Shown one piece after another: positions 52,378 through 54,263 of a stretch of DNA of 54,263 bases. The stretch's first letter is position 1, and each line of letters opens with the position of its first letter. A program made the translations under genes and the position numbers. Below the pieces are notes generated by a model. It did not search any database, was not told where the DNA came from, and worked only from the letters and a program-made list of their open reading frames with translations. Origin of the DNA: an uncultured Candidatus Saccharibacteria bacterium (lineage in GTDB: Bacteria; Patescibacteriota; Dojkabacteria; SC72); NCBI GenBank assembly GCA_964585985.1, contig CAZPFV010000001.1, positions 29,199-83,461 of the forward strand, given 5' to 3'.

Positions 52378-54263
52378 TTAATAGGGAGTAATACCCACCT
52401 CTGTCTCTTGCATATTTACTAGGATACCAAATAGGGATCTAGCTAATACTCCATACTTAGAATGATGATTTACAACTACTGCGGGATACCTTAATCTATC
52501 CGCAACCCTTAATGTCCTTTCCATTCTAATTGCATCCGTGGCCTCCTTAATAGTATGAATACCACCACTAATGTAAAGGCCATCTCCTTCAGCATCTTTT
52601 TTAATAGATATCTGTCCATCAGATAATAGATACATATTTATTTCATCATACTGCAATTGCGAAGTACTCATTTTATTCCCAGCCTTAATTGTTACATTAC
52701 CAGATGCTATAAATATGCAGGCATCCTTCTGTGCATTCGCATTAGTAATTCTCCCATCAATAATTAAATCACCATCAACGAAAAATACCCCCTGTCTATC
52801 ACACTTAAATGATGAGCTTACAGTTAGAGTACCTACAGTATCACCAACAGCTATTTGATTAGGTTCCACCCCTTCGCCCAGATTAGATAGATTTCCTGAT
52901 AAGGAGGTAACACTGCCCAAATTTTTTAAAGTATGTGCTATTGTATCTTTCCTTCTGTTAAATGAATTTTTAAGCGAATTGTAATATCCATTAGGCGGAT
53001 TAGAAGATAAAAACGGTTGTATCATGTATGACTCTGTTGCTCCACTTCTAGAGGGTGCAACAGGGGTAGCTCCACTTTTACCAATTAGCTCGGTTGATAT
53101 ATCTGCATGAGCTCGTGCTATCTCTTTAAGTAAATTCTTTGAATCGAGCCAATCAGTCAAATCCCCTCGATTATCGACATTAATCTTTATTTCATCAGAA
53201 TACAGTAAACCTCCTTGAGTAATTAACCAATCTCTTAAATCCAGTTTAAGATCATTATGGCTTCCGATATTTCCCCCTTTATCAAAGGCTGTGAGATAGA
53301 AGTGTAGACTACCTTGACCGACATTATTCAAAGTAAGAAGGGCTGAGCCATTACCATTACCTCCATGAATTTTTAATAGATATTCATTTACACTTGCTTC
53401 TAGTGATCCAACGAGATCATCATGATTCCCCTCTTCTTTAAGCTTTAGACCATTGTTGAGATCCATAGAACTAGCTCCTCCATTATTAATATTTGATAAA
53501 GAAATTGGATCAATAGCTAACCCCTTGCTTTTGTATATATTAAGTACCAAATCACTGAATTCATCTGGTAGACCACCGCCCGAATGATTAAACTTCCAAT
53601 CTAACTCTATTCCAGATGAGGAGCTGCTACTAGGTTTTACTGTCAGAACAATTGTTGGGAGATAGAAATTTAAATTCCATACGACTGATGTTTTTTGCCA
53701 TTGGTCATAATATCGTATCCTTTCGTTAGTTATCCATCTGTTTTTAATTGCATTCTTAACGACATTTTCCCTATCCTCATAATTATCATATGGTGTAAAA
53801 CCAAATGTATCATTTGCCATTAACCATATTTTATATTCTCCTTCTTCAGCAACATTAGCAAGAAAATTATTGTCATTAGCTTTGAAACTTAAACTGAATT
53901 TTAACTTTACTGTTTTACCATTATTAGAAGGGGTTATAGAGTAGAGTAGTACTTTTGCAATAATACCTGTTGGTCCAGGTATGGAAATTACAGTCTTACC
54001 ATCAACTGTTTCAGAGTATTCATTTAGGGCTTGTTTCCAAAGATCGGATGAGCCTTCTCCTGTTCCTGCTATAGCTGGGATGTAGGGTGTCCATATACCA
54101 GCCTTGTTATGTAGCATAAAACCGAATTCTCCCTTACTTCTACTGCCATATTTTTGAGGTGTAGAGTCATTGTTTAGATCAATACTCATGGGAGTAATAG
54201 GCTTACTCCCACTCTTATTAAACCATACATACACCGCCTCTATTGGTAAATCCTGATCTATAA
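52378..54263 (-). CDS. large secreted protein, paralogue of 47966-51028 (5' end outside the window)
   Basis: The frame stays open beyond the track's GTG (54234) to the window edge (..IDQDLPIEAVYVWF, compare DIEGMFVWF in the paralogue). Shared blocks include FGFTPYDNY, FDKGGN, QGGLLYS, VFFVDGDLII and RYPAVVV. Confidence 0.8.
   Translation of the reverse strand, partial: IDQDLPIEAVYVWFNKSGSKPITPMSIDLNNDSTPQKYGSRSKGEFGFMLHNKAGIWTPYIPAIAGTGEGSSDLWKQALNEYSETVDGKTVISIPGPTGIIAKVLLYSITPSNNGKTVKLKFSLSFKANDNNFLANVAEEGEYKIWLMANDTFGFTPYDNYEDRENVVKNAIKNRWITNERIRYYDQWQKTSVVWNLNFYLPTIVLTVKPSSSSSSGIELDWKFNHSGGGLPDEFSDLVLNIYKSKGLAIDPISLSNINNGGASSMDLNNGLKLKEEGNHDDLVGSLEASVNEYLLKIHGGNGNGSALLTLNNVGQGSLHFYLTAFDKGGNIGSHNDLKLDLRDWLITQGGLLYSDEIKINVDNRGDLTDWLDSKNLLKEIARAHADISTELIGKSGATPVAPSRSGATESYMIQPFLSSNPPNGYYNSLKNSFNRRKDTIAHTLKNLGSVTSLSGNLSNLGEGVEPNQIAVGDTVGTLTVSSSFKCDRQGVFFVDGDLIIDGRITNANAQKDACIFIASGNVTIKAGNKMSTSQLQYDEINMYLLSDGQISIKKDAEGDGLYISGGIHTIKEATDAIRMERTLRVADRLRYPAVVVNHHSKYGVLARSLFGILVNMQETEVGITPY

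Noticed and set aside
1-54263. Alternative genetic code (UGA recoded, as in some CPR lineages)
   Set aside because: Conserved genes translate full-length with the standard code. TGA terminates at least one well-delimited gene (stop at 30082-30084), and no conserved protein is interrupted.

Overview
AT-rich, very gene-dense bacterial chromosome segment read with the standard bacterial code: long ORFs are intact, and both TAA and TGA act as stops. Gene content suggests a Candidate Phyla Radiation / Patescibacteria-type organism. This is an inference from domain-pruned housekeeping proteins, a sortase, pilMNO, giant surface proteins and almost no Shine-Dalgarno sequences. Left part (1-24 kb) is a housekeeping backbone: rsmD, the classical thrS-infC-rpmI-rplT-pheS-pheT block, a class A PBP, hisS, an atypical OmpR-type regulator, mutS, a PEP-synthase-like protein, two membrane transporters, a sortase with a divergent Ig-like surface protein, tig-clpP and tRNA-Val(GAC). 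From 24.3 to 28.3 kb there is a small accessory islet after the tRNA (GNAT, S41-like peptidase, HAM1/ITPase-like, Nudix, Erm-like rRNA methyltransferase). The most unusual region is 28.4-38.3 kb. It holds a duplicated two-gene module (secreted beta-rich subunit plus C-terminally anchored two-domain protein), followed by a 1982-aa membrane-anchored fibre gene. That fibre carries YadA-head-like 14-aa repeats, a near-identical 348-nt tandem duplication and a tail-spike-type intramolecular-chaperone (S74-like) segment. I regard this as the best candidate for an undescribed cell-surface assembly/attachment system. From 38.3 to 45.5 kb come two small unknown genes, a dihydrouridine synthase, a membrane-tethered Hsp100/Clp ATPase coupled to a small membrane protein, and rpmF-nusB-rnc, rpsP and a KH protein. 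The right end (45.5-54.3 kb, minus strand) is a pilM-pilN-pilO operon preceded by two paralogous giant secreted proteins, one with an N-terminal module of about 40 Cys, and an anchored 435-aa protein. This is a second candidate system. At 10 start codons a -10-like hexamer ends 5-7 nt upstream, suggesting leaderless mRNAs. No CRISPR array, rRNA, transposase or integrase was seen.
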